IMG/VR virus record: IMGVR_UViG_2684623153_000002
Location: 1-64,000 of that record
Length of the DNA stretch: 64,000 nucleotides
From: a virus
Taxonomy: Duplodnaviria; Caudoviricetes
Strand: one strand, 5' to 3'
Part shown: positions 1-9,375 of the stretch, piece after piece
Numbering within the stretch: position 1 is the first letter of the stretch
Layout of the letters: each line of letters begins with the position of its first letter
Made by a program: the position numbers and the translations under genes
Notes under the pieces: model-generated
Databases searched by the model: none
Told to the model about the DNA's origin: nothing
The model's input: the letters and a program-made list of their open reading frames with translations, nothing else

Positions 1-11
1 TTAATACTCAT
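1..11 (-). CDS. 5' start of a putative Phr pro-peptide (MSI...), truncated by the window edge
   Basis: AAAGGAG RBS (21-27) and ATG at 11 overlap the rap stop codon, the canonical rapA/phrA-type overlap. Confidence 0.6.
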
Positions 12-1128
12 ACAGACAGTCTCCTTTCAGAATTTTTGTTTGTGTGTCCAACATTTTCATTAAAAATTCATTTGCTGCTTCATGATCACCTTTTGATTTG
101 AACATATCCGCCACATCATAAGACAGCTCTTCTAGGTAAGCATAGATTTTGTTCTCATCTAAGTAGTGAAAGACCTGATTAATTTGGTCAATATTAACTT
201 TATCAACATAGAGAGCTTTGATAAAGTGGAACAATTGTTTGTATAACTCATCTTGAAATTGAATAGAAATAGAAAGACCATAATCAAGAATATCCTTACC
301 TTGTTTATAGTCGCCTTTCTTCATTAATAATGACGACAGAAAATAAAGCGAATGTGGTAAGTTGTCGTACCTCTCATTTTCGTTAATCTGAACAGCCTTT
401 TCACAAAAATAAATTGCCCGATCTATATCTCCCAAACATTCATAGCAATCAGCAAGATTATAATATGCGGATGAGATCAACCTATTGTTTTTCGCTTCCT
501 CTGCCATCTTCACCGATTTCTCTAAATGAGGAAGGGCTTTCTCACTATATTTCATATCATCATAGTTACCTGCAATGACAAATGAGCATTGAATTTTCCT
601 CACTTTATACAAATCATATTTTTCGTATATCTCCATCGCTTTCAATATGTGGTGCATAGAGACATGTGTTTGTTTCATAATGTAATAGGCTTCAGCTACT
701 TTAAAGTGGAATTCCGCTTTTTCAATTTCGTCAGTGACGACACCAAGTTTATTTTCAGCTTTTCTATAATACTTTATTGCTTCTACATATTCTTTATTAC
801 TAAACTCATACATACCTGTGAAAAATAACTTGTAATACTCTAACATTCCGGTGAGCTTTTCTCGAGAAGATTCTATCTGTTCTAGGAGGGTTGAAATTGA
901 TGGTCTGTTTTTATTGAAGTCTACTGGCTGTATGTAATCTAACATAATTTGATGTCGAAAACACATCAATTGATAATAAATGAGCAGATCCTGATCCTCT
1001 TCCATCTGTTCAATTTCTTGTTCAACTTCAGCTTTCAAAATCTCTGCATCTGGTACACTAAATTGTCGAATCATTTTATACCATTCATTTATTTTCACAC
1101 CAACATGTGAAGAAAGAACTTTCTCCAT
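1..1128 (-). CDS. rap: Rap-family response regulator aspartate phosphatase (TPR protein)
   Basis: SS.VG.KINEWYKMIRQF..PDAEILKAEVE...MEEDQDLLIYY N-terminus, TPR helices, CLYEY C-terminus; likely start ATG 1128. Confidence 0.95.
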   Translation of the reverse strand: MEKVLSSHVGVKINEWYKMIRQFSVPDAEILKAEVEQEIEQMEEDQDLLIYYQLMCFRHQIMLDYIQPVDFNKNRPSISTLLEQIESSREKLTGMLEYYKLFFTGMYEFSNKEYVEAIKYYRKAENKLGVVTDEIEKAEFHFKVAEAYYIMKQTHVSMHHILKAMEIYEKYDLYKVRKIQCSFVIAGNYDDMKYSEKALPHLEKSVKMAEEAKNNRLISSAYYNLADCYECLGDIDRAIYFCEKAVQINENERYDNLPHSLYFLSSLLMKKGDYKQGKDILDYGLSISIQFQDELYKQLFHFIKALYVDKVNIDQINQVFHYLDENKIYAYLEELSYDVADMFKSKGDHEAANEFLMKMLDTQTKILKGDCLYEY

Positions 1129-1367
1129 CCCCTTACTCCCCTTCCACAAAATTCCCTTATATTACATATATTATTACATACAGGAATTTACAAAGCACCG
1201 AAAAGATACCGCAAAAAGAACAAAAAAAGAGCTCCTACAAAGGAGCCGTGTGAGTAATACATGAGTAATAGTGGTTTGATAAAGAAGTAAATCATTGAAA
1301 TATACGAATTTTTTCTCCCGTTTCCGCGGGTAAACCGTATATTTAATTATACATCACTTCTAGCAAC

Positions 1368-1381
1368 CGAACAAACATTCT
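1368..1381 (+). promoter_or_regulatory. Putative LexA (SOS) box
   Basis: CGAACAAACATTCT versus consensus CGAACRNRYGTTYC, 25 bp upstream of the 62-aa ORF. Confidence 0.5.
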
Positions 1382-1406
1382 GTTAAAATATTTTCGAGGT
1401 GAGAGT

Positions 1407-1595
1407 ATGACTGATCTCGAAAGGAAAATTTATCGCATCCTATACAACATGAGCAGATTCAGAAAGAACCCCTCAATGGAGGATCTGAAAAGGAAAACGG
1501 GTAAAGATGAGGCTACGATCCGTAAGGCGGTTAAAAATCTTTTATCTCGTAAAGAATTGATTTGGGATAAAGAGAAAAGAGAATGGAATTTTTAA
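1407..1595 (+). CDS. Small winged-HTH protein resembling a LexA DNA-binding domain
   Basis: GAGGTG RBS; MTDLERKIYRIL...PSMEDLKRKTG...IRKAVKNL pattern. Confidence 0.7.
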   Translation: MTDLERKIYRILYNMSRFRKNPSMEDLKRKTGKDEATIRKAVKNLLSRKELIWDKEKREWNF

Positions 1596-1626
1596 ATTCA
1601 TTTTAGCTATATTTGTGCCTAAAACT

Positions 1627-1664
1627 AAAAAGAGCAACTTCCAAGTCAGAAGTTGCCCCTTTAT
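1627..1664. terminator. Probable bidirectional intrinsic terminator
   Basis: GCAACTTC...GAAGTTGC stem flanked by A/T tracts, between convergent genes. Confidence 0.6.
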
Positions 1665-1727
1665 CTTTCCGCTCTTTACATGCCGTAACTTAGCTTGTAC
1701 TCTAATAATTTTGAGTATAAAATCAAA

Positions 1728-4256
1728 TCATTTAACAGCAAAGCTTTGTTGTTTTTTTGCAGCTTGTAAAGAATTTGTAGACATAATTTTTCTTTTTGTT
1801 TCACTATAGTTACTTATTAATTCAGAACTTATTTTTTTAAATTTGTGTTTATGATCTTCACCTAAATAATTAAAATCTTCATCTTCTCTGTCTTTTAAGT
1901 ACTTAAGGAATAGCTCAACACTTTTAAATCTCAAATCCCATTTCAATTTAAAATCAGTATTTTTATGATTAATTATTTTAAAGTTGGAATAAATTTTGTT
2001 AAACACATCTTCATCTTCAAATTTAGTATCATATAAAATCATTTCTAAATATTCATGACTCTTTAATAATGTTTCTAAATGAAATTGAGCAGGAGGAGCA
2101 ATACGTACTAAACTAATTTTATCTAAGAAGTTGTCCTCTCCCATTCTTCTAGCACCAATATCACTTTCAATTATATGTCTTTCCAACATTGGAGAAAGCA
2201 GCGCCTTCAGAGAGTCCATATTATTGCAATAAATGGATAAATCCTTTAAAATATCCTCCAATGGCACGAAGCCTTTGACTGTTCCTAATCTTATTTGTTT
2301 ATCTTTATATGACATTAATATGTCGAGAATCCTTATGTTTATAAAGTGACTGCCAAAACCATCAAAAGTATTGCTCTGAAATAGATTTAACAATTTTGAT
2401 TTATGAGTATCATAATATAGCCCTGTTGAGAGACCTACACTTCTCACCAATCTGTTAAAAGGAATAGTTTGATTTTGAGGTTTCTCTTCTTCATATTTAT
2501 AATTAAGTAATTGTACAAGTTTACTATGACCTGATGTAACAATATCTCTAAATAACTCTAATGAATATCTCAAATTTCCGCTTGAAAGGTACACTAATAA
2601 ATCTTCAACTTCTTCTCTTCTTAATGTCTGTGACAACAAATTGAGTAAATCTTTATATTTCAGCCTAACCGATACATTGTAGAAGTCAAAATGCACTTCT
2701 TCATTACCCGTAATTTCTTTAACGTAATTGATCCGTTTCATTAGTACTTCTCTTACACTTGGAGGTACAATCTGATAAGCCGTTATGTTTCCATAAGCGT
2801 CCATCGGAGGCTTTGTTTTCATTGACCAATATGTTTCATCTCTTAAAGATAGGATAGTTGTAATTCTTAACTCTGTACTTTTAGCCAATCCATAAAAGCT
2901 AGCCTTTTCTTGTACTTCAGTGGTCTGTTGATCTAGATTGTCAAGAACTAAGAACAATTCATAATCTTTTTCCACCAAATAAGATATAATCTTCTCGATA
3001 TGTGCTTTTCTGTCATTTTGTAATTCATCAATCAATTTACTAATGTTTTCGTTTTTCGTGTCATCTGTTAAATATTTCCACGCACCTCTAGTTTTTTTAT
3101 CAATATCACTTTTATAAAGATCTACCAAAAAATCATAATCATATATATCAATTTGGTCAATATCTTCTAATGATTTTTCTAAATCTTGAAGTATTTTATC
3201 TTCAATCTTCTTTTGAATATCTTCGTCAGTATTATAAAAAGAACGAAAATCAACCTGACACCAAACTATTTTACTTGTATAACCTTTCAGAAAATGATTA
3301 TAGAATCTATGGATAAAGGTACTTTTACCAGCTCCTAAATTACCAAATAAAACAAATACATGCCCTTGCTTTAGATGCTTTTTTTCTTGCATTCTCCTAA
3401 ATATATCATTGTGAAACCCTCCAGCTGATTCATCCGATACCTCTAATGAGTGATTAGATTCGAAAGGAAGACCTAGTAACGGTATTCTGCCTTTTATGAA
3501 ATTTTTTAAATCATTACCATAGGAATCTAATTTTACATTATTACAATATAGTTGCTTCAAAAGTTGCTTATCATGACTTATATCAGAAAAATAAGTTGTA
3601 AGTATAGTTGTCAGAGGAGCTGACAATGGGTTGTTTCCAACATTATCATTTCTGTATGCCTCATCTGCGATGGATTTTCTAAAAAGAGGAGCTTGTCTAT
3701 ATACTTTTAATTCTAAAATTTCCTCAATATTATTAAAACCATTTTTATAAGGGCTAATCAGTTCATAAATATGGTGAAAATTCTTATTAAATGCGTCTAC
3801 ACCTGACAGTGCAAGTGTATCATAAGCCCGATCGGCAGGATAAGTTGTACAAAAAATTAAATTCAGACCATTGCTAATAACGCATAGTGACGATTCCTTC
3901 TCTTTAGCATAAGCTCTTGCCTGATCAATAGCATTCCATAAATCTGGCTTAGTTTTCTTTATTGCAGAAGAACTGTAACGTTGTAACTTACTATGTTTTG
4001 GAAGATTAAAATCAACCTTATTACTCTTAGCTTCCAAAACAAAATTATTATTTTCCGTCTTACAAAAATAATCAATAAAACCTGCTTTTATTTTTGGCTC
4101 TCTTTGTATATTTCTTTCCTTCCAAAAAAGAACTTTGGTTAGTAAATTATCTATAATTTTACACCTGATATCAGTTTCACTTTGTATTAAATTATCTTGG
4201 AAATCTGCTTCTTCAGAAAATTCATTCCATTTCTTTATCGAATCATTCAAAGTCAT
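1728..4256 (-). CDS. N-terminal PD-(D/E)xK (HsdR_N-like) nuclease fused to a P-loop AAA+-type ATPase and C-terminal helical/wHTH region; candidate defence effector
   Basis: E.DIRCKIID.LL..VL.W...I.RE...G..DY...FVLEAK; Walker A GNLGAGKST (3318-3344); Walker B LFLVLDNLD; SGNLR sensor-2-like lid; GGAGG RBS; AT-rich. Confidence 0.75.
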   Translation of the reverse strand: MTLNDSIKKWNEFSEEADFQDNLIQSETDIRCKIIDNLLTKVLFWKERNIQREPKIKAGFIDYFCKTENNNFVLEAKSNKVDFNLPKHSKLQRYSSSAIKKTKPDLWNAIDQARAYAKEKESSLCVISNGLNLIFCTTYPADRAYDTLALSGVDAFNKNFHHIYELISPYKNGFNNIEEILELKVYRQAPLFRKSIADEAYRNDNVGNNPLSAPLTTILTTYFSDISHDKQLLKQLYCNNVKLDSYGNDLKNFIKGRIPLLGLPFESNHSLEVSDESAGGFHNDIFRRMQEKKHLKQGHVFVLFGNLGAGKSTFIHRFYNHFLKGYTSKIVWCQVDFRSFYNTDEDIQKKIEDKILQDLEKSLEDIDQIDIYDYDFLVDLYKSDIDKKTRGAWKYLTDDTKNENISKLIDELQNDRKAHIEKIISYLVEKDYELFLVLDNLDQQTTEVQEKASFYGLAKSTELRITTILSLRDETYWSMKTKPPMDAYGNITAYQIVPPSVREVLMKRINYVKEITGNEEVHFDFYNVSVRLKYKDLLNLLSQTLRREEVEDLLVYLSSGNLRYSLELFRDIVTSGHSKLVQLLNYKYEEEKPQNQTIPFNRLVRSVGLSTGLYYDTHKSKLLNLFQSNTFDGFGSHFINIRILDILMSYKDKQIRLGTVKGFVPLEDILKDLSIYCNNMDSLKALLSPMLERHIIESDIGARRMGEDNFLDKISLVRIAPPAQFHLETLLKSHEYLEMILYDTKFEDEDVFNKIYSNFKIINHKNTDFKLKWDLRFKSVELFLKYLKDREDEDFNYLGEDHKHKFKKISSELISNYSETKRKIMSTNSLQAAKKQQSFAVK

Positions 4257-4304
4257 TCAACTCAGTGCCTCCAAAATAAAAAAGATTAAGACTAATGTCT
4301 TAAT

Positions 4305-4805
4305 CTAATGATATTGAATTATTCCAATTTTAGCAAGTATATCCAATGCCTGAAATCCTTGTTCTTTTGTATATTTTGGTTTTTCTAACACCAGTCTATC
4401 CATAACAGTTTGAACACCTAAATATGAATACTCTTCATATAAATAGTGAACAGATGCCAAGAGTTCAACCCAGTCTGCTTCAGATAAGTTTAAAGAGTTA
4501 TATTTTATAGCATCCTTTAGAGGAGTTAACGTCCTTTGGATATCTTCTCTAATTTTGTATTGCGAATAATCAAATTGGTTTAATTGCTCTTTTTCATTGT
4601 AAAGAACTTTAGTTAATGATGGAGAATAAGGACCTTTCTTATACCAAGTAAACTGATAATCTCCACAATGTATACCAAATTGATTAGCAAGATAAACAAC
4701 TTTTTGAGCTATAATACGATCATCAAGGCTTTGAACAGAAGGTGGACGATCCACTACAAATTCATGAATTAAGTGAACTGATAAATATTGAGTATTCATT
4801 TGCAT
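4305..4805 (-). CDS. Panacea/SocA(DUF4065)/YwgA-like protein, candidate antitoxin
   Basis: QKVVYLA...YQFTWYKKGPYSPSL and ELLASVHYL motifs; start ATG 4805 or 4799. Confidence 0.65.
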   Translation of the reverse strand: MQMNTQYLSVHLIHEFVVDRPPSVQSLDDRIIAQKVVYLANQFGIHCGDYQFTWYKKGPYSPSLTKVLYNEKEQLNQFDYSQYKIREDIQRTLTPLKDAIKYNSLNLSEADWVELLASVHYLYEEYSYLGVQTVMDRLVLEKPKYTKEQGFQALDILAKIGIIQYH

Positions 4806-4968
4806 TAACCCCTTCCAAAGCACATAGTTAGATTATATTATATCCAAGAACGCTCTAAAAAGAAACAAAATGTTTCTTTCCGAAACTTTTTTTGCAATAA
4901 ATTGGATTTTATACCTGACCATAACTGTATTATGAATTCAATTATAGGTGGCATCAGTAAGACACGTT

Positions 4969-5787
4969 TTATTTCAATGCTTTTTGAAGAGATGCTTTTG
5001 TCTTTGGACCATAGATGCCATCGGCAGCAAGACCATACATCAACTGGAACCGCTTGACCGCATTCGATGTTTTTGGCCCATAGTAGCCATCAATCCCGTT
5101 GTTTTTAGCTCCCTTTTCAGGATAGAAATAAACAGCAGCTAGAGCCTCCTGTAATGCCTTTACACCCGCTCCCTTTGTAAGAGGCTTCGTAACTTTAATG
5201 ATGCCAGATGGTAAGTTAAACGATTTTTTAGGCTTACTCGCTTTTGGTTTGGATGGTGTATTTTTTACAGGTGTTGCTTTCACAGGCTTTGCTGTTGCCT
5301 TTTTACTTGTATGAGCGGTTGCAATACCCGCTTTGAAGGAATCCCAACGATTCAACAACTTGCGAGGACAATTTTTGCCGCTCCATCTCTTATGTGGCAC
5401 GACGTTGGCCAGCGGAATACCTTGCTCTGTCATCAGCTTCCGAATGAGCCATTGAGCATTTTCAACTGCTTGTTCAAAGTTACCATCGCTATTCTCACAT
5501 ATTTCAATACCGATTGACTTCATGTTACCTGTTCCCCGGCCATCTCCCGCATGCCATCCGTTTTCGTTTAACGGCAGATGTTGATAAATGACTTTATCAT
5601 CCACTGTAAAGTGCCAGCTCACCGCTGTACTAGACCTTTTGACGAATGCAGCGTGACTTGCTGCGTTTGCCCCTTTTGCTGTGTTAGCTGTGTTATGAAC
5701 CGTAATATATAAAGGTTTCATGTAGTTACCAGGACGGTTCTTGTTGCTTTTCGGAATAAAATCTTTAATGATTTTTACCACGTTCAT
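4969..5787 (-). CDS. Endolysin, N-acetylmuramoyl-L-alanine amidase with C-terminal peptidoglycan-binding domain (CwlA/XlyA-like)
   Basis: ITVHNTAN, SWHFTVDD, GWHAGDG, IGIEICEN, HKRWSGKNCP; DGIYGPKT PG_binding_1 motif. Confidence 0.95.
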   Translation of the reverse strand: MNVVKIIKDFIPKSNKNRPGNYMKPLYITVHNTANTAKGANAASHAAFVKRSSTAVSWHFTVDDKVIYQHLPLNENGWHAGDGRGTGNMKSIGIEICENSDGNFEQAVENAQWLIRKLMTEQGIPLANVVPHKRWSGKNCPRKLLNRWDSFKAGIATAHTSKKATAKPVKATPVKNTPSKPKASKPKKSFNLPSGIIKVTKPLTKGAGVKALQEALAAVYFYPEKGAKNNGIDGYYGPKTSNAVKRFQLMYGLAADGIYGPKTKASLQKALK

Positions 5788-5837
5788 CGTCTCCTTTGAT
5801 CAATTTAATATAAAAAGAGCCACCTCGTGGCAGCTCC

Positions 5838-6101
5838 TTACTTCGTTAATCCTTTTTGTTTCAGGATTTCTTTTTGTAACTTGCCTTTGTCAGTCACATA
5901 GTTGTTTTTAAACCATGCCACCAGTGTTGTTACGATTGTAAAGATCATTGAGCCAGCAAGGTACAATGTCTCAGCCAACGAAGTGACTTGATCCTCGCTG
6001 ATCGGCAAGATTGGCTTGCCAAATAGAATTAACGTTTGGTTGATCAATGCCATAAATAGAAGCACCGTGCGGAGCACCGTGCCCTTGTCGAAGTTTTTCA
6101 T
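5838..6101 (-). CDS. xhlB: SPP1-family holin (XhlB-like)
   Basis: DKGT..RT.LL..ALINQ...AWFKNNYVT motif; next to the lysin. Confidence 0.9.
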   Translation of the reverse strand: MKNFDKGTVLRTVLLFMALINQTLILFGKPILPISEDQVTSLAETLYLAGSMIFTIVTTLVAWFKNNYVTDKGKLQKEILKQKGLTK

Positions 6102-6116
6102 AATTGTTTCCTCCTA

Positions 6117-6338
6117 TTATTTTAAATTCCGTTCAATTTTATCGAGTTTGTCGATCACTACGTCGTACTTCTCACTAAACTTTGCTAGAACTTCATTTTG
6201 CGCCTCGATTTGCTCATTGAGTTTACTTTCTCTTTCTTTTGTCGTGTTGAGAACATAGAGCAGCACCCAACAAAAAAGAACCGCAAAGGGTCCTTGTGTC
6301 ATCAAATATTGCGCCAAATCCATTTCCACCATACTCAC
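6117..6338 (-). CDS. bhlA: BhlA/UviB family holin-like protein
   Basis: [13 protein letters not shown]...ERE.KL motif. Confidence 0.85.
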   Translation of the reverse strand: MSMVEMDLAQYLMTQGPFAVLFCWVLLYVLNTTKERESKLNEQIEAQNEVLAKFSEKYDVVIDKLDKIERNLK

Positions 6339-6391
6339 CTACTCCCTCACTTTGTCCACCTCCCTTAAAGAAGGCAAAATAAAAAGCCCCT

Positions 6392-6535
6392 CTAGGCTTC
6401 GTATTGTTCTCCTGTTATTTCCTCATAGTCTTCTTTGTTAATCCAACCGATTTCTACATAAAAAGCAATATCCACTGGGCCATAACACTTCCAATCCCAA
6501 AACTGCTTTATATCCGCAACTGTTGGATATATCAT
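6392..6535 (-). CDS. xkdX: XkdX-family small protein (47 aa, absent from the ORF track)
   Basis: Hand translation MIYPTVADIKQFWDWKCYGPVDIAFYVEIGWINKEDYEEITGEQYEA; ATGA overlap with the upstream gene. Confidence 0.8.
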   Translation of the reverse strand: MIYPTVADIKQFWDWKCYGPVDIAFYVEIGWINKEDYEEITGEQYEA

Positions 6536-6906
6536 GATTTTTCACCACCTTTCATCTCCTGAATCTCAGTCATTAGTTGAGCCAGTTGTTTTGCCATCTG
6601 TGCCTCACACAATTTAGCTGCAGCTGCTTCCTTTGTCAGTTCAGTCAATTGTTTAGTTAAGACCGCATTTTGCTGTTTTAATAAATCTATATCATCCGGC
6701 GGTTGCTCTATTTGTAAGCTATCAATGTACTCCTGGGTTGCTGACTCACTCCATGTCTTACTTGTGGGATTGTATTCAGCTATATATAACCCTTCTTGCG
6801 GTTGTACATCCGTAAACCCCTCTGGAATTTCAGCATCATCAGGTATTTCTTTATCCCCACCAGGTATATACTTAAAATTTTCATCATAGGCGTATATTGG
6901 CTTCAT
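6532..6906 (-). CDS. Putative tail fibre assembly/accessory protein
   Basis: Follows the fibre gene; W.ESATQEYIDSL shared with 55404-55724; coiled-coil C-terminus. Confidence 0.6.
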   Translation of the reverse strand: MKPIYAYDENFKYIPGGDKEIPDDAEIPEGFTDVQPQEGLYIAEYNPTSKTWSESATQEYIDSLQIEQPPDDIDLLKQQNAVLTKQLTELTKEAAAAKLCEAQMAKQLAQLMTEIQEMKGGEKS

Positions 6907-6910
6907 AAAA

Positions 6911-8041
6911 TCACTCCTTTGCTTTAAACATACAATTCACGACAATAAACTCAGTATTACTACTCGTGTCTTGTATACAGAAACGCCCATCTGTAGCGAT
7001 ATACTGTCTACTAAATTGCGGTCCCTTAAAACCACCGGTACTAGAAGCGATGCCAACATTATAGAGAGGGAAAGGCGGTTCACATCCCTCCGGTAATGTA
7101 AACGCAGGGACTTCTCCCAATGTTCCACCTGCAATCGCTCCTGTAACATGCACTATGCCCAAAGCATCTTTTGCAACTCTTACCCGATAATCATTATTGA
7201 CCTCAGATTTATAAGTTTTCCACCCGTTCCTGATCGTGGGGAACTTCCAATCGAGTTTTGCATCTTTACTGGTTGTAATTCTCTCCCACCCTTTGAAACC
7301 TTGAGCATGGAATGTACCTATCCAAGTTATGTTATCAAATGATCTTGTAGCGATAATGCGTTTATATATGACTTCATTTTGTTCATACTCTGTTTCAAAA
7401 ACATCAACATAATAAAAGCTCGTATCATTTTCTACTGGAGCATTCAACAATTGAGCTCCCATGTAAGGACCTGTCGGTAATTTAAATATATCGGTACCAT
7501 TTGGAACCCTTGCAATTCTTCCATCGTTTGGTGTGAGCCTATATAACTGACCATTATTCCATTTATTCCTTTCGGTAACTGACGGCAGCTGCGTCCAAGT
7601 GATTGATATATGGCTAGAATTATAGTAGAAGTAATACGCATTACCTGACGTATCTACCGCAAAACCAGTTCCGATATTGTTTTGGCCAACAGTCTGTATT
7701 CCTCTCAAATAGGCATTACTAGGTGCAGGGGAATCTTCTACACCAGGGGATGCAATGAAAGTACAAGTCCCTTTGTCTTTTATTGCATCATAAATATTTT
7801 TGTCAGCTGGAACAGAGATCAAGTATTTGCCGTCATCAGCTGTGATTTTATATAGCTGCGATTCATTCCATTTCTTCTTCTCTGCTTCAGATGCATGCGG
7901 CTTAGTATCGTCAACATGGCAAATGATCTGATCTAACAGTCCAGTATCATTTTCAAGTAATACCTTCACCATGTCATTGAACAGATCCGCATGAGCTTTG
8001 TCACTTGTTTCAAACACTTTAGGAGATTTAATGTCCATCAA
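6911..8041 (-). CDS. Tail fibre / receptor-binding protein
   Basis: Position after baseplate genes; repeated KWN.xQLYK/RxT.D.G modules; C-terminal head with V.V.G.I..G...AFTLPEG..P. Confidence 0.75.
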   Translation of the reverse strand: MMDIKSPKVFETSDKAHADLFNDMVKVLLENDTGLLDQIICHVDDTKPHASEAEKKKWNESQLYKITADDGKYLISVPADKNIYDAIKDKGTCTFIASPGVEDSPAPSNAYLRGIQTVGQNNIGTGFAVDTSGNAYYFYYNSSHISITWTQLPSVTERNKWNNGQLYRLTPNDGRIARVPNGTDIFKLPTGPYMGAQLLNAPVENDTSFYYVDVFETEYEQNEVIYKRIIATRSFDNITWIGTFHAQGFKGWERITTSKDAKLDWKFPTIRNGWKTYKSEVNNDYRVRVAKDALGIVHVTGAIAGGTLGEVPAFTLPEGCEPPFPLYNVGIASSTGGFKGPQFSRQYIATDGRFCIQDTSSNTEFIVVNCMFKAKE

Positions 8042-8055
8042 TGATCGCTCCTTTC

Positions 8056-8439
8056 TTAATAGATGTCATCAATCTCAAAGATGAATTCAATGTCACCATC
8101 TTTTTGCTTGTCTGTCATGGTGCGGATGGCGGTGAATTTGCCGTCTTCGTCGACAAGAGCCAATTCATTAATGACTTCCCCAGCAAGCTCCCCTTCAGCG
8201 ATCGTGCAGGTGTAGCGGATTTTTGCTGGTTCCATGAATTCATATGAATCAATTTCTTTTTGAACAAGCTCACTCTTCAATGCTTGCTCAGTTCCATCCA
8301 GGGAAATCGGTTTCCCATCCTTCGTCCCACCCTTTCCGAAAGCCATCTTGACCACTTTCGTAAGCCTTGTTCCCTCCGCTCTAGCCTTCGCCATTTGTTG
8401 CCGAGCATAAAGCGTTGTTACGGTTAATTGATCAGCCAT
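8056..8439 (-). CDS. Phage tail-collar/fibre-attachment protein
   Basis: MAFG.GG...L..EL...I.E.AL.D..G pattern; nearly identical to 58567-58950. Confidence 0.7.
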   Translation of the reverse strand: MADQLTVTTLYARQQMAKARAEGTRLTKVVKMAFGKGGTKDGKPISLDGTEQALKSELVQKEIDSYEFMEPAKIRYTCTIAEGELAGEVINELALVDEDGKFTAIRTMTDKQKDGDIEFIFEIDDIY

Positions 8440-8451
8440 TATGATCCTCCT

Positions 8452-9375
8452 TTATAAATCTATTTGTTTGGACGTGGCAGCTAGATATTTTGAACCGTCT
8501 AGCAGTACTGATCCATCAAGCGTCCAATATTTCTGCTTAATGATTACACTTCCGCTTTGCTTATTTGATACATGAGCAGCCATGCGGAATGTTACTTTCC
8601 TTTTTTCTTTATTTACGTGTTTGAAACGAGATCGAAGTGTAAGAGCTGCTTGTTGATCCGTTTCGTTTTTGGTTCCTATCATGACATATCTTGTACGTCC
8701 AAGAACTTTCATTTCTTTTTTGAGCTTCATGGCCAGTTTTAAAGATTGCCTGAAGCGCTCTGGAATATCTGTTGAATTGCGCGATCCACTCAAATAAAAA
8801 GTTCCATTCAGCAAAAACTCCCCATTAAGCAGGATCGGGATGTGATCAAAAAAGCCCACTCTGCTGCGCAGTGTGAGCCGGTTACGATAATCTTTGATTT
8901 CATGAACATCAGTATGATGAACGCTTGTGAATTTGTAAGCCAGGTGTGCAGGCTTTAAGTTTTCAAGCGTCTCCACAATGTATCTGGTGTTCTGCAGGTC
9001 ATCCAAATTAACACGAAGGGAAAAATGATAGCGGCCAGTTGTTAGACGAACCACTGCGCTAGGATTCTTCAGAAAGCGATTCACAGCCCTTTCTAAAGAT
9101 GCGTATGTGATCGGTGGAATGTTGGACATGAGATTCAATATACGTGCCCTGCGCAGCTCAATAGAATCACCTGACTCACGCTGCACCTTCAGCATCCTTT
9201 CCCATCGATTAAGCCCCCCCGTGGCAGTGAGCGGAAACAGTTGATCAGTCATATCAAAAATAGAATCATCTAGCCTTTCCATCTCTGGAGCCTCTGATTT
9301 CATTAATTCATCAAATTCAGTGATCTCCGTTAGATAGGAAGGTAGATAGACTTTCATATCATCATACTTGCTCAT
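8452..9375 (-). CDS. xkdU: XkdU/YmfQ-like baseplate protein
   Basis: YLP.Y...TAT.GL.RWE..L...LKPAHLAY motifs. Confidence 0.8.
   Translation of the reverse strand: MSKYDDMKVYLPSYLTEITEFDELMKSEAPEMERLDDSIFDMTDQLFPLTATGGLNRWERMLKVQRESGDSIELRRARILNLMSNIPPITYASLERAVNRFLKNPSAVVRLTTGRYHFSLRVNLDDLQNTRYIVETLENLKPAHLAYKFTSVHHTDVHEIKDYRNRLTLRSRVGFFDHIPILLNGEFLLNGTFYLSGSRNSTDIPERFRQSLKLAMKLKKEMKVLGRTRYVMIGTKNETDQQAALTLRSRFKHVNKEKRKVTFRMAAHVSNKQSGSVIIKQKYWTLDGSVLLDGSKYLAATSKQIDL

Noticed and set aside
1-1128. Arbitrium AimR receptor
   Set aside because: Motifs are those of Rap phosphatases; no N-terminal HTH and no aimP/aimX layout
1728-4256. Type I R-M HsdR subunit
   Set aside because: Only the N-terminal nuclease resembles HsdR; no DEAD-box helicase motifs and no hsdM/hsdS nearby
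9212-9222. Poly-C tract in xkdU (TATGG vs TATWG) as phase variation
   Set aside because: Frame is intact; it appears to be a single substitution
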